A stretch of 64,000 nucleotides of DNA from Candidatus Poribacteria bacterium (GCA_965204355.1 OZ241983.1:291913-355912), one strand, 5' to 3'. Numbered from the stretch's first letter, positions 30,794 to 42,070 are shown. The notes: a model not told the origin generated them from the sequence alone. A program made the numbers and translations.

Positions 30794-32446
30794 TTGAACA
30801 TAAAAACAACAGATAGGATTTATCACCCAGAGCACGATTCCAAACTCACGCGAAGACAATTTATAGAACGATTTTCGGCCGCGGGATTAGCTCTCAGCGG
30901 TTTAGGGCTTTTAGGTTGTGATGTTGCAGATATAGTTTCGCCGGTTCGTACGCCTACAGAGACTGTCCACGACGTGCCTGCTCTCATTATTGGCAGCGGG
31001 TTTGGCGGTGCGGTAACAGCCTTGAGATTGGGTCAAGCCGGGATTCGCACGATGGTTATTGAACAAGGCAAACGGTGGCCAATTACACCGAATACATTTA
31101 GCCCCTCTTTTCCACCAGATGGACGCTCAACGTGGTTGCGAACACGAACCATTTTGCCTTTCGGTCCCTCGTTGCCGATCAGCAGACACACCGGCGTGTT
31201 AGATCGCATTGATTATGAAAATATACAGGTATACCGGGGGACAGCAGTAGGGGGAGGATCGATTGTATACAGCGGCATTACCGTGCAACCGCCCGAAGAC
31301 CTTTTCTATGAGATTTTCCCTCGTGGTCTCTCCTATCAGGAGTTAGAACCTTACTATGATCGGGTCCGACATATGCTCCGTATTACAACGGTGCCGGCGG
31401 ACATTGAGGCACAGCCATACTACGATTACGCCCGTGTCTTTGCTGAGCATGGGGCTAACGCCGGATTAGAAGTCCAGTCTGTGGGACAAGCGACCAACTG
31501 GGATGTTATCCGATCCGAAATTGCTGGCACTGTAAGACCCTCTACCATCATCGGAGAGGCGTATTATGGCAATAACAGCGGTAGCAAAAACAGTCTGGAT
31601 CAAAATTATCTGCCGATGGCTGAAGCCACAGGTTATGTGACTATCCATCCCTTGCACCGTGTGATTGACATCGCTCAAAAAAGCAGTGAGAATTATAGGG
31701 TAACGGTTGAAGAAATAGACGAGACAGGTAGGGTTCTGGAAACGAAGGAAATCACCACGACCTACCTGTTTTTAGCCGCAGGCTCTGTGGGCACAACGGA
31801 GTTGTTGGTTAAAGCTCACGAGTTAGGAAATTTGCCGAATCTCAATGAAGAAGTTGGACAGGGATGGGGAACAAATGGGAGCTCCATGTTCATACGTTCT
31901 GTGAACGAATTAACTGGGAGGATGCAGGGCGGTCCCGTAATCAAAATGATTTTAGATTACAATAATGCTGCAAGTCCATCGAGCGTCGAATCAGTCTTCT
32001 TTCCCCTCGGGCAGGAATGCGGGTGTCTGTTACACTTTTTGCTCTCTTTAGACACCGAGCGCGGGCAATTTTCGTATAATTCAGCTACCAACAAAACGGA
32101 GTTGATGTGGCCTGTATCAGGCAGCGATCAAGCGGTAAGAGCGGCAATGGATTTTGTTAAGCGTATGAACGCAGCCAACGGCGGTCTCCTTGGTCCACCC
32201 GCAGGACTGCCTTTTCAATTGCCTGATGTGCTAAAAGATTTTACGTATCACCCGTTGGGTGGGATGGTAATGGACAAAGCGTGTGATTTGAACGGGCGGG
32301 TTCACGGCTATCCCAAAATGTATGTAATGGACGGTTCTGCGTTACCCGGTTCGTGTGCCACTGCCAATCCGTCGTTGACGATTGCGGCTTTGGCCGAGCG
32401 TAACATAGAAACCATTCTCGCAGAAGATTTTGTCACCGCAGGTTAG
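30794..32446 (+). CDS. Cholesterol oxidase-like GMC oxidoreductase, Tat lipoprotein
   Basis: TRRQFI..LLGC; IIGSGFGGAVTALRLG, YGNNSGSKNSLDQNYL, GWGTNG, YHPLGG, ANPSLTIAALAERN. Confidence 0.85.
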   Translation: MNIKTTDRIYHPEHDSKLTRRQFIERFSAAGLALSGLGLLGCDVADIVSPVRTPTETVHDVPALIIGSGFGGAVTALRLGQAGIRTMVIEQGKRWPITPNTFSPSFPPDGRSTWLRTRTILPFGPSLPISRHTGVLDRIDYENIQVYRGTAVGGGSIVYSGITVQPPEDLFYEIFPRGLSYQELEPYYDRVRHMLRITTVPADIEAQPYYDYARVFAEHGANAGLEVQSVGQATNWDVIRSEIAGTVRPSTIIGEAYYGNNSGSKNSLDQNYLPMAEATGYVTIHPLHRVIDIAQKSSENYRVTVEEIDETGRVLETKEITTTYLFLAAGSVGTTELLVKAHELGNLPNLNEEVGQGWGTNGSSMFIRSVNELTGRMQGGPVIKMILDYNNAASPSSVESVFFPLGQECGCLLHFLLSLDTERGQFSYNSATNKTELMWPVSGSDQAVRAAMDFVKRMNAANGGLLGPPAGLPFQLPDVLKDFTYHPLGGMVMDKACDLNGRVHGYPKMYVMDGSALPGSCATANPSLTIAALAERNIETILAEDFVTAG

Positions 32447-32623
32447 AACTTAATTTCCACGCCCCCTTGATGATATTTCGTCTTGCTCTCCAAATTTGAT
32501 GTGTGTTGACATACTACGGAGCAGCCAATAGCATAGCTTTGTGTCCAGATAACCTTAACTGAAACGAACTGATTTGGTCATCAGACATAATATGGTCGAT
32601 CATTGATTGAATAGGTGGGTAAA

Positions 32624-33502
32624 TTACTCCCCGTTCACTAGTTCGGCTGCCTCGTAAACTGCGGGCCTCGCTTCATCAACGGTGCAGCTGGCAGAAGCCC
32701 TCGCACTATCAGCCGTCTCCCTTTTGACTTCCGTGACAATCATCCCTTCGTCTGGGAGGTACTCATCAATCAGTTCTCCACTTGGATCTATCGCCAAGCA
32801 TAGACCGGGAAACCAAGCGTTGCCGCTGTGCCCCGACTGATTCGCATAGAAGATATGAAGGGCATTATCAACCGCACGCCCCGGTAGCAGTTGCATTGCT
32901 AATTCCTTGTGAAACTCGGCTTGCTCATGCTGATCTCCGTTGTTGGAAATTTTCTCGTTTGCTCCACTGCCGCCGACGGGGATGAAAAAGAGTTCCGCCC
33001 CCTTCTGCGCGGCACTCCGAAAAAGTTCGGGGAAACGCAAATCGTAACAGATGCCCACACCAAACGTCCATCCTTGCGAGGCGACCACTGGAAACGTATC
33101 GCCGGGCACAAACCACTCCCGTTCATTCGGGTTGGGTAGATGGAGCTTTGAAAACGTTGCCAGATACCCTTCAGGTCCCACGATTAGGGCACTGTTACGG
33201 AGTTGCTCACCAAACGGCTCAATCGTACCAACCACCAACGTCATCTGTAGTTTGTGACAGAGAGACTCCAGAAATGGCACCGACTCCTCTGCTGCTGCCT
33301 CCGCGATCTTCCGCGCCTCCTCAAACGTCAGGTCGGATTTATTCATTGATCCGGTGATGCACTCTTCCGGGAAAATCCCAAAGTCCGCTCCTTGTGCGTG
33401 CGCTTTGTGCGCCCATTCTGCTACGCGCCCCAAGTTAGCGGACGGATCACCCATAACGCTGTGCATTGCGATAGATGCGACTCGGATTGTATCATTGTCC
33501 AT
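32624..33502 (-). CDS. Carbon-nitrogen hydrolase (nitrilase superfamily)
   Basis: FPE, FSKLHL and ICYDLRFPE (E-K-C triad). Confidence 0.9.
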   Translation of the reverse strand: MDNDTIRVASIAMHSVMGDPSANLGRVAEWAHKAHAQGADFGIFPEECITGSMNKSDLTFEEARKIAEAAAEESVPFLESLCHKLQMTLVVGTIEPFGEQLRNSALIVGPEGYLATFSKLHLPNPNEREWFVPGDTFPVVASQGWTFGVGICYDLRFPELFRSAAQKGAELFFIPVGGSGANEKISNNGDQHEQAEFHKELAMQLLPGRAVDNALHIFYANQSGHSGNAWFPGLCLAIDPSGELIDEYLPDEGMIVTEVKRETADSARASASCTVDEARPAVYEAAELVNGE

Positions 33503-33537
33503 ACTATTTCCTCATTGTGGTCCTTAATCCGGTGTTG

Positions 33538-33735
33538 TGTAGGGGCATCCAATTCTCCTGTAGGTTGAAAACTCTCGGAACGGAGAGGGATCTCCAAATC
33601 CCGACACTTCATTATGGTAACCCCTAAAAATATAATGTATGGTAGGCGCTGTTTCTCCCGACTTGTCGGGATCCCGTGAATACGGGACGCGCCAATGCGG
33701 TGCGGTTAGAAACCGCACCTACCGGTCCTGGGGGC
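33538..33735. repeat. REP/MITE mosaic with two inserted TCCCG-N6-CGGGA palindromes
   Basis: TATGGTAA end at 33613; GGTAGGCGCTGTTTCT[cccgacttgtcgggatcccgtgaatacgggac]GCGCC..GAAACCGCACCTACC. Confidence 0.7.
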
Positions 33736-33813
33736 AATGCAGTTCGGTTTGGAGTGTCTCATTCGAGAGCGTGATGATTTGTATCTCCAGACCGCTCATA
33801 CGGCACCTTACTG

Positions 33814-34908
33814 CTACTTGATCCAAGTCATCGACTCACCACGTACCAAGAAAGAGCGCTCATCCCATTGACCGGGACGTTCAACCGGAATAACGCCGGT
33901 TTCCACCGCTACATCCAGTGGATTGGCGCGCGTCTCTAACGGCAAGCGAACCCGCTCGTGCATACGGGCTGATTCATACACCGCCATCATAAGCTCTAGC
34001 GCAGCCTTCCCGTACTTTGCCTGTCCCGGATAGTCATCAATCTTACCCTCGATCCAGTCGCAAACTGCATACGCCTGACTTGTGAAGGCGCTGCCGTAAC
34101 CAGTCCGATTTTTTTCGGTCGGCTCGAACACCTGCCAGCCAGCCTTTTTAGGGGTCATATATTTCAGACTGTTATCGTTAACATCCATCATACCGTCGCT
34201 GCCATATATCGTAGCACCGACTTGATAGAGTCCACCACTGATCGGGACCTCATTCTCAATAACACCTTCCACATCGTTGGGATATCCAATCAACCCGCAG
34301 CAGCGGTCTTCGACCCGATGCCCGAAGAGGTAGTGATCGGTTTTGCGCTCCACAGACCCCATAACCCACTCCGCCTGTGGGTCACCGAGGACGAAGAGTT
34401 GGAAATCGACACAGTGGGTCCCTGTGTTTAGCATTCCCGCTCTCACGGAGGACCAGAGTCGGCGCGGCTCGCCGATAGCACCGTCCGCAAGGAGTCGCCT
34501 CGCTTCCTGCCATGACGAATAGAAACGACGTTGATGACCGATGGCAAATTTGACATCATTGCGCTCACAGGCAATCATCATCGCTTCGGCTTCTCCCAGT
34601 GAACAAGCCATTGGTTTCTCACAGAGTATGGCTTGGGGTTTGTGAACTGCTGCCGCTATCGTCATCTCAGCATGTTGTGGATTCCATGAGCAGACGCTGA
34701 CGATGTCCAGATCCTCCTTTTCCATCATCTCCCGATAGTCGAGATACTGGCTTTTAACATTAAAATCGTGCGCGTAACTTGCTAGTGCTTCGGGATGCGA
34801 ATCAGCGATCGCAACGATTTCGGTGCGATTACATTCGGTCCAACCTTGACCGTGTGCACGCGCAATACGACCACTTGCAATAATACCAACTCTAAATTTT
34901 TTAGCCAA
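33814..34908 (-). CDS. Gfo/Idh/MocA oxidoreductase
   Basis: VGIIASGRIA, DIVSVCSWNPQH, LCEKPMA, GHQRRF. Confidence 0.9.
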   Translation of the reverse strand: MAKKFRVGIIASGRIARAHGQGWTECNRTEIVAIADSHPEALASYAHDFNVKSQYLDYREMMEKEDLDIVSVCSWNPQHAEMTIAAAVHKPQAILCEKPMACSLGEAEAMMIACERNDVKFAIGHQRRFYSSWQEARRLLADGAIGEPRRLWSSVRAGMLNTGTHCVDFQLFVLGDPQAEWVMGSVERKTDHYLFGHRVEDRCCGLIGYPNDVEGVIENEVPISGGLYQVGATIYGSDGMMDVNDNSLKYMTPKKAGWQVFEPTEKNRTGYGSAFTSQAYAVCDWIEGKIDDYPGQAKYGKAALELMMAVYESARMHERVRLPLETRANPLDVAVETGVIPVERPGQWDERSFLVRGESMTWIK

Positions 34909-35164
34909 AATGGAATCCTCCCTGTTATCTAATGATTTGCTGAACTTGAATGAGATGGAAGCTAATCAAAATCAGTGCGCTGCGTATCCTAGCACGACAT
35001 GAACTACCAGGTCAAGCGGTTTTGCACACGTTCCACCCACGGAAAGACAATCCTAAATCTGATTGATTGCGGCGAGGATACATGCTATAGTTATGGCGTA
35101 AACCGACCGGGAACACGTGGGCATCCCGCACGAAAACTATGAAAGTGCACTTTGAACACCAATC

Positions 35165-35426
35165 TATGGTAGATTTTAGAATTATGGTGAACCTTAGAAT
35201 TACTTGGACACGCTGTACCGGAGATGGGAAAATCTGGGCTATCACCTCGGTAGGTGCGGTTTCTAACCGCACTGCATCGGCGCAGTTAGAAACAGCGCCT
35301 ACCAAACATCGGGAGCGAAAGTGTCTACATATTTTGATAATTCACCATAATTAGACCCTGCCAACCGACGAGTCGGGATAGGACACGGAGAGCGAAAGTG
35401 TCTATTTATTTTTGTGATTAACTATA
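35165..35426. mobile_element. Nested TATGGTGAA-family MITEs (inner copy 35183-35349) carrying a REP doublet
   Basis: Inner TATGGTGAA..TTCACCATA inside an outer TATGGTAGA..TTAACTATA with a similar subterminal GAGCGAAAGTGTCTA. Confidence 0.75.
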
Positions 35427-35467
35427 AATCTAACATAATTAACACTATTCTAAGGAGACTCTGAATT

Positions 35468-36517
35468 ATGGTTATAAAGACAACTGCTGAACTTGACAAA
35501 TTCATCCGCGAGGCGCTATTAGCTGCGGGAGCTGATGAGCGTAACGCGAACCGTGTTGCGGAAGCATTGGTTTTATCAACTTTGCGTGGTGTTGATACGC
35601 ACGGCATCCTGCATCTGCCGAGTTACGTCGAGAAGATTCAAGATGGTGAAATTGTTCCCACCGCTTGGCCCGAAATCCGTCAGGAAGACGCGACAAGTGC
35701 ACTCATAGCGGGAAACTGGACCTTTGGGCATGTGACTGCGAAATATGCGATGGAGGTCGCAATAGAGAAAGCTAAAAGCCACAACGTAGCGGTCGTAAGT
35801 GCTGTTCAGATAAACCATATCGGGCGTCTGGGCGAATACGCTGAAATCGCAGCCGCCAACGGAATGCTATCGATTATCTGGGCTGGAGGGTTTGGGGCAG
35901 AAAAGCCGGTCGCTGTCCCCTTCGGTGGGCGGCAGCCGGTGCTGAGCACGAACCCAATTGGCATGGGCTTCCCCGTCGACGATGGTCCGCCGATAATCAT
36001 CGACTATGCCACGACAGTCGTTGCGGGTAGTAAAGTTCTCACTGCGAGAGACAGGAATGCACAACTGCCACCCGGCAGCATCGTCGACAAAGATGGCAAT
36101 CCTTCCACGAATCCGATGGATTATCTGGAGGGCGGTTCGTTACTACCCTTTGGTGAGCACAAAGGCTACGCCTTGATGTTAGCGGTGGAGTTCTTTGGGC
36201 GGATCCTATCCGGAGCGGACGCGTTTTCGGACGAAGAGAAGCGGGGTGGCACCATCTTCCGCCACTCCGGCGTTACCATGATGGTCATGAAGGCGGATCT
36301 ATTTCAATCGTTGACGGATTACTCGACACGAATAGGGGATTTAGGGGATCAGATTAGATCCGTGCCGCCGGCACCCGGTTTCGACGAGGTAATACTCCCG
36401 GGCGATCTCGAAGCACGGGCGGAAGCGACCCGCGGGCGCGATGGAATTCCGATCGCTGATGCACTCTGGGAAAGACTGGAGGCACTCGCCGAGTCGTTGG
36501 GTGTGGATATAGACTAA
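35468..36517 (+). CDS. Ldh2-family (malate/L-lactate/ureidoglycolate) dehydrogenase
   Basis: LRGVDTHG, HIGRLGEYA, LSTNPI, LLPFGEHKGYAL. Confidence 0.9.
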   Translation: MVIKTTAELDKFIREALLAAGADERNANRVAEALVLSTLRGVDTHGILHLPSYVEKIQDGEIVPTAWPEIRQEDATSALIAGNWTFGHVTAKYAMEVAIEKAKSHNVAVVSAVQINHIGRLGEYAEIAAANGMLSIIWAGGFGAEKPVAVPFGGRQPVLSTNPIGMGFPVDDGPPIIIDYATTVVAGSKVLTARDRNAQLPPGSIVDKDGNPSTNPMDYLEGGSLLPFGEHKGYALMLAVEFFGRILSGADAFSDEEKRGGTIFRHSGVTMMVMKADLFQSLTDYSTRIGDLGDQIRSVPPAPGFDEVILPGDLEARAEATRGRDGIPIADALWERLEALAESLGVDID

Positions 36518-36562
36518 CCCAAGTTACCACCTTACCTTTGGGATTAATGTAGGTCGCCTTGT

Positions 36563-36590
36563 GTAGGGAACGCAGATCTGCGTTCCCTAT
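36563..36590. repeat. GTAG-type REP palindrome
   Basis: Perfect 26-bp palindrome TAGGGAACGCAGATCTGCGTTCCCTA. Confidence 0.7.
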
Positions 36591-36680
36591 TGTGACGGTT
36601 CACATTAAAGCAGCTCCAAGCCTCTGAATCGATCTTTCGTATAGAACATTCATGGCCGGAGAGGTAGTTGATCTACAAAT

Positions 36681-36815
36681 TATGGTGAACTTTAGAATTA
36701 CTTGGACACGCTGTACCGGCGAGGTTTCCTAATCGCACCGCATCGGCGCAGTTAGAAACAGCGCCTACCAAACATCGGGAGCGAAAGTGTCTACATATTT
36801 TGATAATTCACTATA
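36681..36815. mobile_element. TATGGTGAA-family MITE
   Basis: Near-identical to 35183-35349 with an internal deletion. Confidence 0.8.
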
Positions 36816-36816
36816 A

Positions 36817-37722
36817 TTATTCCGCGCCGAAAGGGTAAGATTCAATATCGTTTTCGATTGCCTTCAGTAGGATGGAGATTTCACGCTTATCTTCTGCATC
36901 TAATTCATGCGGCGCTGGTGCCCGTTCCACCATGGAGGTCAGAACACCTCGACGTTTGAGAATATAACGGACAAATTGATGGTTTTCCAGATTAATCAGG
37001 GGCAGCAGACGGGTATGTAGTTCTCGGGCACCGGTTTCATCGCCCCCCCACCAGAGTTCCATAATTTTTGCCAACAGATCGCCAAATTCGCAAGCAGGCA
37101 TACAACCGTCTGCCCCGCGTGTCATCTCTGCTGGCAATACCTTACCGGCAGCGCCTCCGAAGATGGTTTTGATCCGATCTCCAGCCAATTGCTTGACTTC
37201 ACCAATATGCTGCGGTCCCGGTTGCCTCTCTTCTTTGACATACTCAATTTGTGGGACATCTTCTGCGAGTTGAACAATCTGCTCCCCGGTCAGCGGTGCG
37301 TAGCTATCAGCGTTCTGCACCATAATCGGCCCATCGAAAACCTCTCCAAGCCGCTTGAACATATCTATCGCCGTTGCTGCGTTGGTTCGCGCTGGCGCCA
37401 TTGCTATAATCGAGTCCACACCTGCTTGCTGTGCGGCTCTTGCGTAGAGCAACGTCTGCGGCACAGAGATACCAGAGCATCCAAAAACTAGTGGCAACCT
37501 ACCATTAATTGTTTCGAGGACAGCATCCAAATTACGGACGCGTTCCTCCTCGCCGAGGAAATAGAATTCCCCCACCATGACGGGCCAAACAATTCCGTGT
37601 TGTCCTGACTCACAGCAGAAATTGGCGGCAGCCTGTAGATCTGTGGTATGGATTTCTAAGTCCTCTGTGTAGGGTGTGGGAAGCAGACCAAAAACGCCTT
37701 TCATCGGATCAAATTTTGTCAT
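36817..37722 (-). CDS. Dihydrodipicolinate synthase-family aldolase
   Basis: GVFGLLPTPY, VGEFYFLGEEER, PIMVQN, YVKEE. Confidence 0.85.
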   Translation of the reverse strand: MTKFDPMKGVFGLLPTPYTEDLEIHTTDLQAAANFCCESGQHGIVWPVMVGEFYFLGEEERVRNLDAVLETINGRLPLVFGCSGISVPQTLLYARAAQQAGVDSIIAMAPARTNAATAIDMFKRLGEVFDGPIMVQNADSYAPLTGEQIVQLAEDVPQIEYVKEERQPGPQHIGEVKQLAGDRIKTIFGGAAGKVLPAEMTRGADGCMPACEFGDLLAKIMELWWGGDETGARELHTRLLPLINLENHQFVRYILKRRGVLTSMVERAPAPHELDAEDKREISILLKAIENDIESYPFGAE

Positions 37723-37838
37723 GTGCGAATTTCTCCGTTTGTTATTTTTCCAATTTATGATTGATGGAAATCGGGCATCTGTTTAGGTAATGATTGCAAC
37801 ATAATTTCACACAGGTTCCGGGCCTATGGGTGGATCTG

Positions 37839-38336
37839 TTATTCTGAGTTGATTTCTTTTGGACGCCACAAATTTAATAACTCCCCTTGTACCTCATAAT
37901 CCAATTCAGTCCACCGTTCAATGGGAAGCTCAATATGGGCAAGCGCCGCTGTCGGCATCGTTTCCATTCTACTCGTCAAGTGGGCTACCAATGCCTCCAT
38001 CCCAGGATTGTGTCCAACCACCATCACCCGTTGGTCATCGTCCGGCACGTTTTGCAGAACAGCGAGGTATGCCCCTGGTCCCGCATGATAAAACTCCGAT
38101 GTCCATTCGACCTTATCCTGACGATGACACGCTTTGGCGACTGCCGTGGCGGTTTTCCGCGCCCGCTTGGCAGTTGAACTAATTATCCTGTCAGGTATCA
38201 AGTCTTGCTGCAGTAAAAGCTTTCCCATTCGTGGCGCGTCCTGTTTGCCACGTTTGTTGAGCGGGCGATCATGATCCGCTAGCGAGGAATCTTTCCAACT
38301 TGACTTTGCATGACGTAGAATTAGTAATGTCTTCAT
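37839..38336 (-). CDS. sixA: SixA-like histidine phosphatase
   Basis: LILRHAKS, DHDRPLNKRG, SSTAKRARKT, VVGHNP. Confidence 0.85.
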   Translation of the reverse strand: MKTLLILRHAKSSWKDSSLADHDRPLNKRGKQDAPRMGKLLLQQDLIPDRIISSTAKRARKTATAVAKACHRQDKVEWTSEFYHAGPGAYLAVLQNVPDDDQRVMVVGHNPGMEALVAHLTSRMETMPTAALAHIELPIERWTELDYEVQGELLNLWRPKEINSE

Positions 38337-38624
38337 ATTTATCCTGTGCCTTGTGGGAATTTTTTATCTTAAAGGGTTGCTTTGAGATTTATGTTATCAC
38401 ATACTCAAAGGCGCATCCATACAAAAACTATCCACTCCCCAAAAACCTCTTGTCGAAAAGTGAGAGTTTGGCTATAATGAGCAGACGGCACGCTATTGGA
38501 TTAAGGCTTTTCCAACGTCCTTGTATAGACTCATGTGCACCCATGAAGGTTGCTTGGATAACCCGAAAGGTATGAGCTAAATCCTGAAGACAGAGAACTA
38601 TCCCCAAAATTAGGAGGTACATGT

Positions 38625-39434
38625 ATGCCTATACCCACGACAAATGCCGACGACAAACCGGCGGTAGAATTCACCGAAGATCAGAAATTCATCTTCGACA
38701 CACGGGGTTGGATAGCTATCCCCGGCGTATTAACCGACGACGAAGTTGCTGAGATGCGGGATTTCTGTTACCGTTTGAAAAACGAGCCGGAGTCCATTCC
38801 TGAACATCATCGATCCTCCGTTGGCGGCCCTCTCGAAAAATTGACTGACCATCCGCTCGTCCTCGGCTTCATGAATGAATTTGTTGCAACAGGTTATTTT
38901 GACGAAGAGTGCTACGGCTTTCGTATGGAAGGTACATTTCTGACGATTCGACCCAAGGGGCATGATAATTTCAGTCCCCACGGTGGACGGGGCATGTTGA
39001 ATTTTCCGGGCAACTCGCATACCTATCACATGCACCACGATAAGGCACATAGTGGATTAACACGGGTTGTATGGGAACTGAATCCGGTCGAGAAACGTAG
39101 CGGCGGCACCCTATTCTTGACGGGAAGCCATAAAGGGGCGTTTCCTCCGCCAAAATCGACACAGGATCGGGATTGTCCGCTATGGGAGGATTACTCGTGT
39201 CCAGCGGGATCGGTGCTGTTTTTCACGGAGGCAATTACCCATACCGGCGCGCGGTGGGAGAACGATACGGTGGATCGGGTTGCTATTTTCAACTGCTACA
39301 ATGTTGTGGGCAACAAATGGCATAAGTGGGAACCTCATCCGAAACACCTCGCCGAAATGCCGTTCAAACGTTCCACACTCTTCCGTCCTGTTTACTGTCA
39401 GGATAATGTGCCTTCACCAGCGGACGATGTGTAA
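38625..39434 (+). CDS. PhyH-like (phytanoyl-CoA dioxygenase family) protein
   Basis: FDTRGWIAIPGVLT, GGTLFLTGSHK, PAGSVLFFTEAITHTG..W....DR. Confidence 0.75.
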   Translation: MPIPTTNADDKPAVEFTEDQKFIFDTRGWIAIPGVLTDDEVAEMRDFCYRLKNEPESIPEHHRSSVGGPLEKLTDHPLVLGFMNEFVATGYFDEECYGFRMEGTFLTIRPKGHDNFSPHGGRGMLNFPGNSHTYHMHHDKAHSGLTRVVWELNPVEKRSGGTLFLTGSHKGAFPPPKSTQDRDCPLWEDYSCPAGSVLFFTEAITHTGARWENDTVDRVAIFNCYNVVGNKWHKWEPHPKHLAEMPFKRSTLFRPVYCQDNVPSPADDV

Positions 39435-39749
39435 TACTCATGGTCCTAGTTTGCAACTGTTGATACGCTCGCTCGGACAGAGCGTGAAACGTGATGCGTA
39501 AAACGTGAAAAACCATATCGATTTGCCAATAATATGGGGTTTACGCAGTTGAACACTCAGATACCTGTAGTTCGGCGATTTATCGCCGCAAGCACTCAGT
39601 GAAGTCAATCTCATCAGAATTTAAAGATTTACATGCGACTGATAAAGGGGGTTGAACACAGATTTCTATTTTTTCATCTGCGACAATCAGCGAAATCTGC
39701 GTCCCTATCTGTTCTTAGAACTGAAATAGTACTTAACTGGAGGGAGTAC

Positions 39750-40887
39750 ATGAAGATTACGGCGGTCAAACCGTTGATTGCATCAACCGGGAATTTTTTT
39801 GTGAAGGTTGAGACGGACGAGGGGGATCTACGGGGTTGGCGAGGGAGGCTTACGACGACGAGGAGGCGCAATGGCAGAAGTTATCCGTTCGTCGGAACCC
39901 ACCCTGATCGGTCAAGATCCATTTCGTATTGAGTATTTGTGGCAACGAATGTTTCGCGGCGGTTTTTTCCCCGGCGGTGTGATACAGTCCGCGGCGGTGA
40001 GTGCGGTGGACATTGCGCTATGGGATATTAAAGGTAAGGCGTTGGGGGTGCCTGTATACGAATTGTTGGGAGGAAGGACACGCGATAAGGTAGTCTGCTA
40101 TCCCCACAACGGCGACCCGAACAGTATTGAATCGCTCGTCCAGAGTTGCCAGCAGACCTATGACGCAGGCTGGAAGTTTGTTCGATGGGGGTTGTGTGAC
40201 CCGGAGGGCGACGGTCGGTTTGAGCCAACGCGCGCAGTACGATTCGGGATTGAGCAAGTGAAAGCGGTCAGAGAGGCACTCGGCGATGATGTAGAGATTT
40301 GTGTGGATGTCCACACGCGATTAGATCCACCTGCCAGTATCGAATTCTGTAAAGCGGTTGAGCAGTACCGTCCCTTCTTCATTGAAGACCCGCTCCGCAG
40401 CGAAAATCCTGCGAGTCTGAAGTTGGTTCGGCAGAACACATCGGTCCCACTGGCGGTGGGGGAACAGTTTGACAGCAAATGGAGTTTTCGGGAGGTGATT
40501 GAGGAGGACTTAATGGATTATTGTCGGGTAGACCTCTGCATCGCTGGGGGCTTAACTGAGGCGCGGAAGATCGCAGGTTGGTGTGAGACGCACTACATCC
40601 ACATCGTTCCACACAATCCGCTCGGTCCTGTTTCAACAGCAGCCTGTCTCCACCTCTGTCTTGCGTCTGCTCTGGTTGGGGTACAGGAACTACCCCGTGC
40701 ACCGATGACGAGCCTTACTGATGTCTTTCCGGTTCAGATGCCGTTTGCTGATGGCTATCTGCTTCCACCTGAAGGTCCTGGACTTGGTATTGAGTTCAAT
40801 GAAGATGCGGTCACCAGCGGCACACCACCGCCTCTGGGTCCGCCTTCCGGTTACCAAAGGGACGATGGGGCGTATACTAACTGGTAA
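39750..40887 (+). pseudogene. Mandelate racemase/galactonate dehydratase-family enolase, frameshifted at G5 (39821-39825)
   Basis: MKITAVK..FVKVETDEG is in one frame and IYGVGE..DIALWDIKGKALG..DVHTR..FIEDP..GE..PHNP in the next. Confidence 0.82.
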
Positions 40888-41080
40888 ATTGATTCTCTAA
40901 CTTGAGACGGCTTGCATACACATTAGCAATCAAAATTTTCGATCTGCATAACGAGTTGGGTGATGATAACGTAAAATTTACTTGGAAAGCTGGTAAAATT
41001 CTGGTAAAATTACGTGCGACGTTGGTTTCTGACAGAGACAACAGGGGCTACACCCATCCAAAAACAGGAATAATAACGTA

Positions 41081-42070
41081 TTGCAGAATCAAGAATCCTT
41101 AAAAATACCGATACAAAGCACCACAGAAGCCCAGGTGCTCTTTGGGCAATCTGATGTCTTTCTGAACATTGTTGAAGCGCGTTTTAACGTCAAGGTGCTA
41201 TTAAAGAGCGAAGGCTTGGAAATCACCGGCAAAAACTTCGATGACGTTAATCGTGTCACCAAGACTTTTGAGTCTTTACTTCAGATCATTCGGAATGGTC
41301 AACCTATCAATGCGAATGATGTCAAATACGCGATTCGTACTTCCAAAGGGAACACACCCGTCCAGTTGGAAAAAGCAGCTACCGAAACTATCTCTGTCTT
41401 TTCCAAGCGTGGTGTTGTGCGGCCGAAGACGCCCACCCAGAGACGCTATGTGGCCGCCATCAAATCGCACGATCTCGTCTTTGGCATCGGTCCTGCCGGA
41501 ACCGGAAAAACTTATATCGCTATGGCGATGGCAGTTTCTGCCTTAAAAAGTGGAGAAGTTAGCCGAATCATTCTCACCAGACCTGCGGTGGAGGCTGGGG
41601 AAAGGCTCGGTTTTTTGCCCGGGGATATTGAAGCGAAAATTAACCCCTATCTACGTCCTCTATACGATGCACTTTACGATATGGTGCCTCCCGAAGCCCT
41701 TGAGCGTTATGTTGAGCGTAACGTGATTGAGGTGGCTCCGATTGCCTTCATGCGCGGACGGACGCTGAATAACTCGTTTGTCGTTCTTGATGAGGCGCAA
41801 AACGCAACCATCGAACAGATGAAGATGTTTCTCACACGACTCGGGTTTGATTCTAGAGCTGTTGTCACCGGAGACATAACGCAAACTGACCTGCCGACCG
41901 GTACAAAGTCGGGACTTATTGATGCCCAGTCGGTGTTGTCAGATGTTGATGGCATCGCATTCATCCATTTTTCAAAAGAGGATGTTGTACGACACGAACT
42001 GGTGCAGCAGATTGTAGAAGCGTACGAAGACCGCGATGCCCAAAGGTTGAGAAAAACTAATAGCATCTAA
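41081..42070 (+). CDS. phoH: PhoH-family ATPase
   Basis: GPAGTGKT, LTRPAVEAGERLGFLPGD, FMRGRTL, LDEAQN. Confidence 0.93.
   Translation: MQNQESLKIPIQSTTEAQVLFGQSDVFLNIVEARFNVKVLLKSEGLEITGKNFDDVNRVTKTFESLLQIIRNGQPINANDVKYAIRTSKGNTPVQLEKAATETISVFSKRGVVRPKTPTQRRYVAAIKSHDLVFGIGPAGTGKTYIAMAMAVSALKSGEVSRIILTRPAVEAGERLGFLPGDIEAKINPYLRPLYDALYDMVPPEALERYVERNVIEVAPIAFMRGRTLNNSFVVLDEAQNATIEQMKMFLTRLGFDSRAVVTGDITQTDLPTGTKSGLIDAQSVLSDVDGIAFIHFSKEDVVRHELVQQIVEAYEDRDAQRLRKTNSI

Noticed and set aside
35012-35354. ORFs such as MVGAVSNCADAVRLETAPT
   Set aside because: They are translations of REP/MITE sequence.
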